The translations under genes and the position numbers were made by a program. This document shows positions 48,551 to 57,577 of a stretch of DNA of 64,000 nucleotides, piece after piece. How positions within the stretch are numbered: the stretch's first letter is position 1; each line of letters starts with the position of its first letter. This DNA comes from an uncultured Lachnospiraceae bacterium (GTDB lineage: Bacteria; Bacillota; Clostridia; Christensenellales; UBA1242): the NCBI GenBank assembly GCA_964368425.1, contig CAYJAP010000001.1, positions 15,522-79,521 of the forward strand, written 5' to 3'. The notes below the pieces were generated by a model. The model was not told the DNA's origin, did no database searches, and worked only from the letters and a program-made list of their open reading frames with translations.

Positions 48551-48551
48551 T

Positions 48552-49016
48552 ATGAAAGTATTTTTGTTGCTATCCGTTGCGGGGTTAATTACATACATAG
48601 GCTGGGCGTTCAGTCATTATTACAAGAAAAGAGCGTTGTTTTTTGAAGACCTCATCCAGTTTTGCAACGTTTTTGAGAATGATCTAAAATTTAGTCGGAA
48701 TACAATAGCTAACGTTGTTAAACAGAATATAAAGTTATTTCATAAACCCTTCGCTGATACCTTAGAAAACTATTTTACTAAGCAAATGCCAGTTAATAGT
48801 ATGTTGTTGAAAGAGCATGAAAATGTTCTGCTAAATCAGTTTTTCGGTTCTTTAGGCAAGAGCGATGAAGAGGGCGAGGTTAGAAACTTAAATAATTATA
48901 AGATTGAGTTTGTTAGGATTAAAGAGAAAACCTCTAGCGATAATATCAGGTTTGGGTCGCTGAGTTTAAAGATGGGTGCGATAGTTGGAGCGTTAGTTTT
49001 TGTGGTGTTTATTTAA
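48552..49016 (+). CDS. spoIIIAB: Stage III sporulation protein AB
   Basis: 154 aa with terminal TM segments. Called from position and size in the operon. Confidence 0.8.
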   Translation: MKVFLLLSVAGLITYIGWAFSHYYKKRALFFEDLIQFCNVFENDLKFSRNTIANVVKQNIKLFHKPFADTLENYFTKQMPVNSMLLKEHENVLLNQFFGSLGKSDEEGEVRNLNNYKIEFVRIKEKTSSDNIRFGSLSLKMGAIVGALVFVVFI

Positions 49017-49025
49017 GGAGGGTGC

Positions 49026-49223
49026 ATGGATATTGACTTAATTTTTAAAATAGCTGCGGTTGGGATTTTAACAGCTGTCGTCGCACAGGTGCTGAAGTAT
49101 GCAGGCAAAGACGAGATTGCCACTTTAACTACTCTGGCGGGAGTAATAATAGTCTTGTTCATGGTGGTTAACATGATAAGTAATTTGTTTGAGACGGTGA
49201 AGTCGTTGTTCTCCTTATATTAA
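49026..49223 (+). CDS. spoIIIAC: Stage III sporulation protein AC
   Basis: 65-aa two-TM protein, IFKIAAVGILTAVVAQVLKYAGKDE. Confidence 0.9.
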   Translation: MDIDLIFKIAAVGILTAVVAQVLKYAGKDEIATLTTLAGVIIVLFMVVNMISNLFETVKSLFSLY

Positions 49224-49238
49224 GCTCACGGAGGAAAA

Positions 49239-49625
49239 ATGGAATTATTAAAAATTGTAGGAGTGGGTGTAATTATTAGTCTTACAATAGTCATTGTGCG
49301 ACAAGTAAAACCTGAGTTTTCAGCCATAATGACTGTGCTTGGTAGCTGTTTAATGTTGGCCTACTGTCTACAATTCATCGCTATTCCCGTGTCTGAGTTA
49401 AGTGCCATAATGAATAGAACTGGAATCAATAACGAGCTTTTTTCTATTATTATAAAAATTGTAGGAGTGGGATACCTCATCGAATTTGGTGCAAGTATCT
49501 GTGCGGATACCGGTAATTCTGCTATAGCGGACAAGGTTATACTCGGAGGCAAACTACTTATTTTAATACTGGCTATACCAATCTTTTCGTCAATATTTAA
49601 CATCGTGTTAGGGTTAATTCCATGA
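49239..49625 (+). CDS. spoIIIAD: Stage III sporulation protein AD
   Basis: 128-aa polytopic membrane protein, LLKIVGVGVI...VRQVKPEF. Confidence 0.9.
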   Translation: MELLKIVGVGVIISLTIVIVRQVKPEFSAIMTVLGSCLMLAYCLQFIAIPVSELSAIMNRTGINNELFSIIIKIVGVGYLIEFGASICADTGNSAIADKVILGGKLLILILAIPIFSSIFNIVLGLIP

Positions 49626-50842
49626 GCAGAAGATTATGTTGTGTATGGCACAGAAAAAATAGATTCAAAACTATATTATTATTAGCTACACTATTATTTT
49701 TGATGGTACTGCTAGTGATGCCTAGACGGTCTTCATACGCAGCGCAAGACACGGCTAACGCTGAAAACGACCTGCTGAGTTCTATAACGACACAGATGAA
49801 AAATCTGGACTTCAGCAACGTGGAAAGAGTGTTGTCGAATATAGACGAGGATTTCGATATTTTTGGAGGTAGCTTTAAAGATAAGATATCGCAGATTGTT
49901 TCCGGACAGTATTTTGACGATTATTCCTCTATCTTTGAGGTTGTTTTAGATTTAGTATTTGACGGAATCTCAGCTGCCATACCGATGTTCATGACGATAA
50001 TCGCAGTAGCCATACTGTTTAATATAATATCAAGTGCCAGAGGGCAGAAAAGCGAAGGCGTGTCCAACATAGTCTATTTCGCCACTTATTCGATAGTCAT
50101 ACTTTTGATGGTGACTGTGCTTACTAAAATCACTGTTATGACAACAGTTACTGTATCCTCTATGAAGACGCAGATGGACGTCATATTTCCGCTCTTGCTG
50201 ACTCTCCTTACTGCTGTCGGCGGAGTGGCATCGGTTGGTGTGTACAAGCCGATAGTGTCGATCTTAAGCAGTGGCGTGGCGACGATATTTAACACTGTTC
50301 TGTTACCTATATTTGTCATTTCTTTTATTTTTCTCGTTATCGGAAACCTCTCTCCCAACATAAAACTCGGGAAGTTTTCCGCCTTTTTATCTAGCTGTTT
50401 CAAGTGGATAGTAGGCTTTGTATTTACATTGTTCAGTGCATTTCTAGCTATACAGGGGATAAGTGCCGGAAAGTTTGATGGGGTAAGCGTAAAAGCGACT
50501 AAGTTCGCGGTGAAAAGTTATATACCTATACTGGGCGGATATTTGAGCGAGGGTTTGGACTTTATATTACTGAGTTCTGTTCTTATAAAAAATGCTATCG
50601 GTGTGGGCGGGCTGTTATTAATATTGATAACTGTAGTTGCTCCAGTTATAAATATTGTTGTGTTCAAGCTAGGATTGCAGCTCACGGCAGCGGTGATAGA
50701 ACCGATAGGAGACGGTCGCATAAGCAATTTTGTAAGCGATTGTGCAAAGATATTAGTTTATCCAGTTGTAATTATTCTTGGGATTGCATTTATGTATCTT
50801 ATAAGTGTGGGGCTTATAATGTGTACTGCGAATGTGGTTTAA
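49622..50842 (+). CDS. spoIIIAE: Stage III sporulation protein AE
   Basis: 406-aa signal peptide plus polytopic membrane protein. Called from operon position. Confidence 0.88.
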   Translation: MSRRLCCVWHRKNRFKTILLLATLLFLMVLLVMPRRSSYAAQDTANAENDLLSSITTQMKNLDFSNVERVLSNIDEDFDIFGGSFKDKISQIVSGQYFDDYSSIFEVVLDLVFDGISAAIPMFMTIIAVAILFNIISSARGQKSEGVSNIVYFATYSIVILLMVTVLTKITVMTTVTVSSMKTQMDVIFPLLLTLLTAVGGVASVGVYKPIVSILSSGVATIFNTVLLPIFVISFIFLVIGNLSPNIKLGKFSAFLSSCFKWIVGFVFTLFSAFLAIQGISAGKFDGVSVKATKFAVKSYIPILGGYLSEGLDFILLSSVLIKNAIGVGGLLLILITVVAPVINIVVFKLGLQLTAAVIEPIGDGRISNFVSDCAKILVYPVVIILGIAFMYLISVGLIMCTANVV

Positions 50843-50852
50843 GGAGGTTGGG

Positions 50853-51326
50853 ATGTCGGGATGGTTGCTAGGAATTGTGGGGGTAGTGTTCGCTGGGGTG
50901 ATAATTGAAACAATAATGCCTACCGGTAAAACCAAAGATATTATAAGATGTGTTTTTGCGATATTTACTGTATACGTGATAATTTCTCCTTTGCCTCAGT
51001 TATTTTCTAAAGACTTTACTCTTAATACAGAAACGGCTAGTACAGAAATTGATACGGGATACTTGTACAAAAATAACCAGCAGATAGTTTCTGCCGCAGA
51101 GAAAGAGCTGAAAAACAGGATAGAAGAAGTCGGTTATTGCGGTGTAAATGTCGTAATTTGGGCTAATTTGTTTGCTAGTCCAATTACAATACAAAAAGTT
51201 TATATCGACTTAACCAATGTTGTTCTAAGTGAAGAAGTAAAACATATAAATAAGTATAGTACATTAACAGACTTGGTGTTGCAGTATGTTGATGTGGAAA
51301 AGGAGGATATAATCTTCTATGGATAG
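50853..51326 (+). CDS. spoIIIAF: Stage III sporulation protein AF
   Basis: MSGWLLGIVGVVFAGVII N-terminus. An AAGGAGG RBS supports ATG 50853. Confidence 0.85.
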   Translation: MSGWLLGIVGVVFAGVIIETIMPTGKTKDIIRCVFAIFTVYVIISPLPQLFSKDFTLNTETASTEIDTGYLYKNNQQIVSAAEKELKNRIEEVGYCGVNVVIWANLFASPITIQKVYIDLTNVVLSEEVKHINKYSTLTDLVLQYVDVEKEDIIFYG

Positions 51327-52002
51327 TAAAAGCAATGAATTAGGAAGCGTTGAAATTACAAATCTAAAAGAGAAAGAATATGCTTCTGTTTCCAATCCTG
51401 CAAAAGATGAAAAGCAACACGTTACAAAAGAAGGACAAACAAAACTAAAAACTTCCCTTCTATCTAAAGATTGGTACAAAAAGTTTGCCTCGGTAAAAGG
51501 TATTAAACTGATTATTCCCATTATACTTCTCTGTGTTCTAGGCGTTGTGTACATCTCATTAACACAGAAAAAATCTTCAACCGAGTCGTCGGAAGTTTCG
51601 GTGGGGAACTATCTCACAGCCACTTCGTACGTAGAGCATTTGGAAGCCCGTCTGGCGAAGGTTTTATCCAACGTCAAAGGTGCTGGCAATGTCAGTGTTA
51701 TGGTAACTATCAAAAGCGGACCTGAGCTGGTATACGCAACTAATACCAATACCAAAACAAATACTGTTAGTACAGGCTCGTCTACTACTACTGATACAAA
51801 TATCGTTGCAGAGCCTATAATAGTTTCAAAAAATGGCGAGTCTAATCTATTGGTGCTTATGGAGAAAATGCCAGATATAAAGGGGGTGATAGTGGTTTGT
51901 TCGGGGGCGGTCGATACTCGTGTCAGACTTGATTTACTGCAGGCCGTACAAACATTGTTAGATGTATCTAGCAGTGACATACAAATAATTACAGGCATTT
52001 AA
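51319..52002 (+). CDS. spoIIIAG: Stage III sporulation protein AG
   Basis: TM anchor plus ring-forming domain (GAGNVSVMVTIKSGPE ... IKGVIVVCSGA). Confidence 0.88.
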   Translation: MDSKSNELGSVEITNLKEKEYASVSNPAKDEKQHVTKEGQTKLKTSLLSKDWYKKFASVKGIKLIIPIILLCVLGVVYISLTQKKSSTESSEVSVGNYLTATSYVEHLEARLAKVLSNVKGAGNVSVMVTIKSGPELVYATNTNTKTNTVSTGSSTTTDTNIVAEPIIVSKNGESNLLVLMEKMPDIKGVIVVCSGAVDTRVRLDLLQAVQTLLDVSSSDIQIITGI

Positions 52003-52016
52003 AGGAGGATAATAAA

Positions 52017-52499
52017 ATGCTATCTAAAAAGAAAAAAGTATTTATAATATTAGGGTTTTCGTTATTATTGATTGCTACTGGAGTGTTGAACATAGTACTT
52101 AATAAAAACCTACTAACATCTGCAAAAGATGACGGCACAACTGTTACTGTAGGAAACTTCTTTTCTACTTATAGAACAGACAGAACCGAAACTAGAGAGC
52201 AAGAAATCTTATATTTAGATGCTATCATTGCTAGTGCAAGTTCCAGTGCAGAAGCTATAACCAAAGCAGAAACTAAGAGACAAGATTTAATAGAGCTTAT
52301 GGATGCTGAACTTATTATAGAAGGGCTTATTAAAGCAAAAGGGTTTGGTGATGCCATAGTTTCAACTTCAAGTAGTGCAATAAACGTAATAATAAAAAGT
52401 GCAGAATTAACTGTTGCAGAAGTTGCTCAGATAGTGGATATAATCCAATCTCAAACAGCTTATACGCTAGACAATATGAAGATTATTCCAGTTGCATAA
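52017..52499 (+). CDS. spoIIIAH: Stage III sporulation protein AH
   Basis: 160 aa, N-terminal TM, last gene of the operon, AAGGAGG RBS. Confidence 0.82.
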   Translation: MLSKKKKVFIILGFSLLLIATGVLNIVLNKNLLTSAKDDGTTVTVGNFFSTYRTDRTETREQEILYLDAIIASASSSAEAITKAETKRQDLIELMDAELIIEGLIKAKGFGDAIVSTSSSAINVIIKSAELTVAEVAQIVDIIQSQTAYTLDNMKIIPVA

Positions 52500-52523
52500 T
52501 CGTATTTATCGTATAATAAAATA

Positions 52524-52556
52524 AAAAGTCGATGATAAAATCGGCTTTTATTTTTG
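52524..52556 (+). terminator. Intrinsic terminator after spoIIIAH
   Basis: AAGTCGAT-gataaa-ATCGGCTT hairpin (one G-U) followed by TTATTTTT. Confidence 0.75.
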
Positions 52557-52598
52557 TGTAATGAGGTAAAAAACAAGATTTCTTTACGCATATATTAA

Positions 52599-52627
52599 TT
52601 GCTAAATGGCTAGCGGTGTGGTATACT
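52599..52627 (+). promoter_or_regulatory. Sigma-A-type promoter for asp23-nusB-xseAB
   Basis: TTGCTA, 17 nt, TGg-TATACT (extended -10). Confidence 0.6.
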
Positions 52628-52707
52628 ACGTCTAGTATTTATAGTCATCTTTAATTTGGGAGATGTGCAATAAAACGTCTAAATATGTAACATTATAGAG
52701 GTATTAT

Positions 52708-53088
52708 ATGTACGTAGAAAATAACATAACGTCTAGAGGAACAAAAGGAAAGGTTACTTATAACAGACATATTATTTTGTCAGTTATTAATTTGGCGACC
52801 AAAGAGATCGCTGGTATAAGTGGGTTACGTACTGACTTTGGTTCTGCTATGAAAAAGTGGTTTAGTAACAATTATTATGAAGGTGTTAAAATAACTAATA
52901 CAGAAACTTCTATGACGGTAGATATATATACTAACGTTTTTTACGGATACAATGTATCAGAGATTTCTTATCGGGTACAGGAAAATATAAAGAACAGTTT
53001 GTCGTCTATGATTGATGTTAAGATAAATAAAATAAACGTACATGTGTTGGGTGTGGACTTCCCTAAGGAAGATGTTGAAATAAATTAG
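52708..53088 (+). CDS. Asp23/Gls24-family (DUF322) alkaline-shock-like protein
   Basis: 126 aa, ...ILSVINLATKEIAGISGL... Sits before nusB in the slot yqhY occupies in Bacillus. Confidence 0.85.
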   Translation: MYVENNITSRGTKGKVTYNRHIILSVINLATKEIAGISGLRTDFGSAMKKWFSNNYYEGVKITNTETSMTVDIYTNVFYGYNVSEISYRVQENIKNSLSSMIDVKINKINVHVLGVDFPKEDVEIN

Positions 53089-53096
53089 AAGGTAAT

Positions 53097-53486
53097 ATGA
53101 GTAGAAAAAAATCGAGAGAAACTTTATTTACAATGGTCTTTGAACTATGTTTCCATTCTTCTGAAGAAATTGATGAAGAATTTTTTTCTTTACATGAGCT
53201 AGATGAGGAAAATAAAAAGTTTGTACTGTCTATGTATGAAGGGATAAAAGAGAACTTTTCTGCTATCACGGATATCGTGTCTAAAAATCTAAAAGATTAT
53301 ACAGTAGACAGGATTTTTAAAATTGATTTGGCCATACTGATAACGGCTATATATGAAATAAAATACTATCAGAAAACACCGGTTAACGTCGTTATTAACG
53401 AAGCCGTTGAACTTGCTAAAAAATATTCAACAGAAAAAAGCTATGGCTTCGTAAATGGGGTTCTAGCAAGTGTTGTAAAAAATTAA
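53097..53486 (+). CDS. nusB: Transcription antitermination factor NusB
   Basis: SRKKSRETLFTMVFE...INEAVELAKKY...FVNGVL. Confidence 0.92.
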   Translation: MSRKKSRETLFTMVFELCFHSSEEIDEEFFSLHELDEENKKFVLSMYEGIKENFSAITDIVSKNLKDYTVDRIFKIDLAILITAIYEIKYYQKTPVNVVINEAVELAKKYSTEKSYGFVNGVLASVVKN

Positions 53487-53504
53487 TAAGGATTTGAAGG
53501 CTTA

Positions 53505-54695
53505 ATGAGTGAAAACTATATTTCTGTATCGCAAATAAGTAACTATATCAAGAAAATATTCGAGGCAGAGGCTTTGCTTCAGGGTGTGTGTGTTTATGGA
53601 GAAATTAGTAGTTTTAATATATCGGGCGGTAACGCTTATTTTACGTTGAAAGACGAAAATGCTCTTATGAACTGTGTTATGTTTGGTATACGCGCGGGCG
53701 TTCCTAAAATAGGGGACGTCATTTTGGCGTTCGGTTCTGTCCAGTACTATGCAAAAGGTGGAAGGTTGACTTTCAATGTTTCGCGTATACAGCCGTATGG
53801 CAAAGGAGTGTTATACGAAAACTTCCTGAAATTAAAACAAAATTTAGAAGAAAGAGGGTTTTTTGATCCGGCTCACAAAAAAGCTATACCGTCTTTCGTA
53901 AGAAGGATTGGTGTTGTAACCAGCGCTACGGGAGCGGTTATACAGGATATACGAGATGTAACGACCCGCAGGAACGATACTGTAGACATCGTTCTCTATC
54001 CGGTCAAGGTTCAAGGGTTAGGAGCTGAGCAGGAGATTGCCAGAGCAATTAATTTTTTCAGCGAGTATCAAGATATAGACTGTGTTATAGTGGCTCGTGG
54101 AGGCGGTAGTATAGAAGATTTGCAGCCATTTAACACTGAGGTGGTCGCGGTAGCCACGTATAACTGTAAAAAGCCTATAGTCAGCGCAGTAGGACATGAA
54201 ACTGATTTCACAATCATAGACTTCGTATCAGATTTGCGAGCTCCTACACCGTCAGCTGCGGCGGAATTAGTGGTATGGAAAAAAGAAGATTTCAAGCAGT
54301 CAATACTATCACATGTGCGTGCTATGCAAAATCGAGTGGAGAGCATGTATTCAGATAATAGCAATAAGGTTTCGGGAATGTTTATGAGGATTGAGAGAGT
54401 GGTGTCGGAGAGGTTGTCGCATTCAGGCTTTGAGATAAAAAATCTATTTGAAAGGCTTTTCAATGTTGTTAGTAATAAAGTGATAAGCGTAGAAAATAAT
54501 GTGGTAAACATGCTATCGGGATTAAATATGTTGCACCCTCATAATGTATTAGATAGAGGTTATGCTATTATAAATAGGGGTAATGAGGGGATATCGGGCG
54601 TAAGTGAGCTGAAAGAAAAAGATATTATAAATGTATATATGAGAGATGGAAGTTTAGAGGCGGGCGTTTTAAAAATTATAAAGAAGGGGGAGTAG
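53505..54695 (+). CDS. xseA: Exodeoxyribonuclease VII large subunit
   Basis: N-terminal OB (GEISSFNISGGNAYFTLKD), catalytic core RIGVVTSATGAVIQD...ARGGGSIEDL. Confidence 0.94.
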   Translation: MSENYISVSQISNYIKKIFEAEALLQGVCVYGEISSFNISGGNAYFTLKDENALMNCVMFGIRAGVPKIGDVILAFGSVQYYAKGGRLTFNVSRIQPYGKGVLYENFLKLKQNLEERGFFDPAHKKAIPSFVRRIGVVTSATGAVIQDIRDVTTRRNDTVDIVLYPVKVQGLGAEQEIARAINFFSEYQDIDCVIVARGGGSIEDLQPFNTEVVAVATYNCKKPIVSAVGHETDFTIIDFVSDLRAPTPSAAAELVVWKKEDFKQSILSHVRAMQNRVESMYSDNSNKVSGMFMRIERVVSERLSHSGFEIKNLFERLFNVVSNKVISVENNVVNMLSGLNMLHPHNVLDRGYAIINRGNEGISGVSELKEKDIINVYMRDGSLEAGVLKIIKKGE

Positions 54696-54699
54696 TTAT

Positions 54700-54912
54700 A
54701 TGTTGGAAGAGGGATTAGAAAAATTAAAAAAGATACTAGAGAAATTAGAGTCTGGTAAACTAGGTTTGGATGAGAGCATTTCTTTGTTTGAAGAGGGTGC
54801 GGCTATTGCAAAGAAAAGTTTGCAAGAACTTGAAAAGAGTAAAGGCAAATTAAAAACTATTAAAAAAGAGATAGATTCTTTCGTCGAGGTAGAACAAAGC
54901 GGCAACGAATAA
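54700..54912 (+). CDS. xseB: Exodeoxyribonuclease VII small subunit
   Basis: 70-aa helical protein, LEKLKKILEKLESGKLGLDESISLFEEG. Confidence 0.92.
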   Translation: MLEEGLEKLKKILEKLESGKLGLDESISLFEEGAAIAKKSLQELEKSKGKLKTIKKEIDSFVEVEQSGNE

Positions 54913-54962
54913 TCTTTTACTGTAATATTTTACACGAATAAAACTATTATATTTATGATAAA

Positions 54963-54997
54963 AAGAAGAGGATGTGTCCATCTCTCTTTCTTTTTTA
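54963..54997 (+). terminator. Probable intrinsic terminator after xseB
   Basis: GAAGAGGATG-tgtc-CATCTCTCTT hairpin with one bulge, then T6. Confidence 0.55.
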
Positions 54998-55068
54998 TCC
55001 AAATTACTATTTATCGGGGCTCGAAACATGCACGTAAAATGTCGCTTTATGTAGCCATTATTTACCTC

Positions 55069-55200
55069 TGTATAAACATACATTATTTTTATGCAATGGC
55101 AATTCTATATTTATAACAGGTATTGTATAAGTATAAAAACTTTTATGTATAAATATACAAAAAGCACTTGCATATTTATAAATGTTATTGTATAATGTGA
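55069..55200 (+). promoter_or_regulatory. Array of ARG-box-like TGTATAA / TGTAT-N4-ATACA operator sites upstream of and overlapping the argR promoter
   Basis: TGTATAAACATACA (55069-82), TGTATAAGTATAAA (55124-37), TGTATAAATATACA (55146-59), TGTATAATGTGA (55189-200). Confidence 0.5.
55168..55196 (+). promoter_or_regulatory. Sigma-A-type promoter for argR
   Basis: TTGCAT, 17 nt, TATAAT. Predicted +1 is ~55203. Confidence 0.65.
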
Positions 55201-55245
55201 TTGCGTCTTACAAATAAATATACATTTTTATCAAGGAGAAAGTAC

Positions 55246-55698
55246 ATGGCTAGAAACTCACGTCAATCTAAAATATTAGAATTAATTTCAGTAAATGAGA
55301 TCGAAACGCAGGAAGATTTGGTCTCTGCATTAAAAAAATCTGGGTTCAATATTACTCAAGCGACTATCAGTCGTGACATTAAGGAACTAGGGTTAATTAA
55401 GGTTCTTACGGATAGTAAAAAATATAAGTATGCTGTTATTACTTCTTCTGTACAGACGGTTTCTAATAAGTGTATGAATATATTTAAAGAGTGTGTTATT
55501 TCCATCAAAAATGCTATGAACCTTGTAGTTGTAAAAACGCTCAAAGGTTGCGGTGGAATGGTGGCTGGATTTATAGATCAGTTATCGTATTCAAACGTTT
55601 TGGGTTGTACATATGGTGATGACACTGTGATGATCATCTCAAATGATGTTGAAGATGCCTATATGGTGCAGGAAAAATTAACATCAATCTTAAGTTAG
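55246..55698 (+). CDS. argR: Arginine repressor ArgR/AhrC
   Basis: RQSKILELI...QEDLVSALKKSGFNITQATISRDIKELGL winged helix and C-terminal oligomerisation domain. An AAGGAG RBS supports ATG 55246. Confidence 0.93.
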   Translation: MARNSRQSKILELISVNEIETQEDLVSALKKSGFNITQATISRDIKELGLIKVLTDSKKYKYAVITSSVQTVSNKCMNIFKECVISIKNAMNLVVVKTLKGCGGMVAGFIDQLSYSNVLGCTYGDDTVMIISNDVEDAYMVQEKLTSILS

Positions 55699-55712
55699 TT
55701 AAACGGGAAGAA

Positions 55713-55741
55713 AGCAACAGTTTTGATTGTTGTTTTTTTTA
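55713..55741 (+). terminator. Intrinsic terminator after argR
   Basis: CAACAG-ttttga-TTGTTG hairpin followed by T8. Confidence 0.6.
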
Positions 55742-55777
55742 TCTTTTGGTATAATAATCGTGGTTTAGAAGGAGTTT

Positions 55778-57469
55778 ATGTTAAAGAGTTTATTTATTGA
55801 GAATATAGCATTAATTGAAAAGCTAGAGGTTTCTTTCGGGGATAAGTTTAATATACTGACGGGAGAAACGGGAGCTGGAAAGAGCATTATTATTGACTCT
55901 TTAAATTTTGTTTTGGGAGAGCGTGCTGACAAATCGCTCATAAAGAACGGCAAGGAGTATGCTAAGGTAGAGGCTATATTTACCTTCTCCACTATCTATG
56001 ACTGGATTAAAGAGTTTTGTTTATCTATAAACGTTGAGCCGGAGGAAACTCTAATACTTAACAGATACATGAGTTTTTCGGGAAAAAATGAGTGCAAGGT
56101 GAATGGAAAAATAATCACGCTAGGCATGTTAAAATCGCTGACTAAGCACTTTGTAGATGTACTTGGGCAGCACGATCATCAGACGTTATTAGATGTAAAG
56201 AGTCATATAAGATTGTTAGACAGTATAAAACCAAGTGAGATTAGCTTGTTAAAACAGGGAATATCTGAGTGTTTAGATGGGATACATGAAATAAACGCAA
56301 AGGTAAAGAAACTAGGTGGAAATGAAAGCGAGAGGGCCAGAGAGATAGCTATTTTACAGCATGAGATAGCTGAAATTGAAAGTTCTGACATTAGTGAACA
56401 GGACGAGGAAGAAACACTATCTCGACGTAAATTACTCCAGCACTCTCAAAAAATTAGTACCGCAATTTCTGAGACACTAGAGCACTTGAGTGAGGGGAAT
56501 TTTAACGTATTAGGTAATTTACATCAATCAGAAAAGCAACTGATGAATATCTCAGAAGTATTTGATGATGCTTCTAAGTTGATAGATAGAATTGCCACGA
56601 TACGATATGAATCACAGGACATTGTCGAAACCTTGAAAGAAGTGTTGTCCGGTCTGGAGTATTCCGAACAAGAGCTGAATGATATTGAAGCAAGAATTGA
56701 TGTGTACAGCGAGCTGAAGAGAAAGTTTGGACATGGTGTCAAAAATATTCTTACGTATCTAAATAGCAGTAAGGAAAAGCTCTATCTTCTTCAGAATTGT
56801 GAACAGGAACTGGCAATTTTAAATATAGAAAAAAATAAGTTGTTGGAATTGTTATTGAAGGAGGCGCAAAAACTTACTGCATTGCGTAAGCAGGTGGCTT
56901 CCTACGTTGAACAAAAAATTGCTCAAGAGCTACAAGAACTCGGTATGAAGAAGGCAACTTTTGCGGTTGTATTCGCTGGAGATTACTCTTTATCTAACAT
57001 TGAGAATGTTTGCACAACAGATGGGGCAGATGAAGTCGAATTCATGTTTAGTGCTAACTTAGGAGAACCTGTGAAACCGCTGGCGAAGATAATATCTGGT
57101 GGAGAGATGAGCAGGTTTATGTTGGCTTTCAAGTGTGTTGTGGAGACTGAGCAGGAAAAGACCTTCGTATTCGATGAAATTGATGCCGGTATAGGTGGAG
57201 ATGTAGGAAATATAGTCGCTAGAAAGTTATCTAAGATAAGTAGGAACAATCAGGTGTTATGCGTTACTCACCTTGCTCAGATTGCGTCGTATGCGGATTC
57301 TCATTTTAAAATAGAGAAAATTGAACGAGAGGGTAAGACATTATCGACGCTTACATTGTTAAATAAGTCGGGAGAGATTACAGAAATTGCACGTATGTTA
57401 GGTGGTAAAAGCGGAGAATTGGCACTTATGCATGCGAAACAAATGAAAGAAGATGTGCTAAAAATATAA
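55778..57469 (+). CDS. recN: DNA repair protein RecN
   Basis: Walker A LTGETGAGKSIIIDSL, coiled coil, signature SGGEMSRFMLA, Walker B FVFDEIDAG. Confidence 0.95.
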   Translation: MLKSLFIENIALIEKLEVSFGDKFNILTGETGAGKSIIIDSLNFVLGERADKSLIKNGKEYAKVEAIFTFSTIYDWIKEFCLSINVEPEETLILNRYMSFSGKNECKVNGKIITLGMLKSLTKHFVDVLGQHDHQTLLDVKSHIRLLDSIKPSEISLLKQGISECLDGIHEINAKVKKLGGNESERAREIAILQHEIAEIESSDISEQDEEETLSRRKLLQHSQKISTAISETLEHLSEGNFNVLGNLHQSEKQLMNISEVFDDASKLIDRIATIRYESQDIVETLKEVLSGLEYSEQELNDIEARIDVYSELKRKFGHGVKNILTYLNSSKEKLYLLQNCEQELAILNIEKNKLLELLLKEAQKLTALRKQVASYVEQKIAQELQELGMKKATFAVVFAGDYSLSNIENVCTTDGADEVEFMFSANLGEPVKPLAKIISGGEMSRFMLAFKCVVETEQEKTFVFDEIDAGIGGDVGNIVARKLSKISRNNQVLCVTHLAQIASYADSHFKIEKIEREGKTLSTLTLLNKSGEITEIARMLGGKSGELALMHAKQMKEDVLKI

Positions 57470-57480
57470 GAGTATAAAAG

Positions 57481-57507
57481 TGACAGAGAAATTCTGTCAT
57501 TTTTTTC
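57481..57507 (+). terminator. Intrinsic terminator after recN
   Basis: TGACAGA-gaaat-TCTGTCA hairpin followed by T7. Confidence 0.85.
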
Positions 57508-57577
57508 CATATGCTCTTGTGCGAAAGAGAGGTATATTATTTCTATTTATAAAGAAAATAGAAGTACAGGAGTACAT

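Noticed and set aside
52628-52690. Recurrence of ACGTCTA(G/A) in the asp23 leader (twice) and in the rplS leader (19191-19198), considered as a shared regulatory motif.
   Set aside because: A 7-8-mer is expected several times by chance in 64 kb on two strands. Spacing and context are not consistent.
54850-55083. 77-aa minus-strand ORF in the xseB-argR gap, the only ORF in that 330-bp region.
   Set aside because: It has no Shine-Dalgarno sequence, overlaps the xseB 3' end and terminator, and has odd composition. The region is better explained as a terminator plus the argR operator/promoter array.
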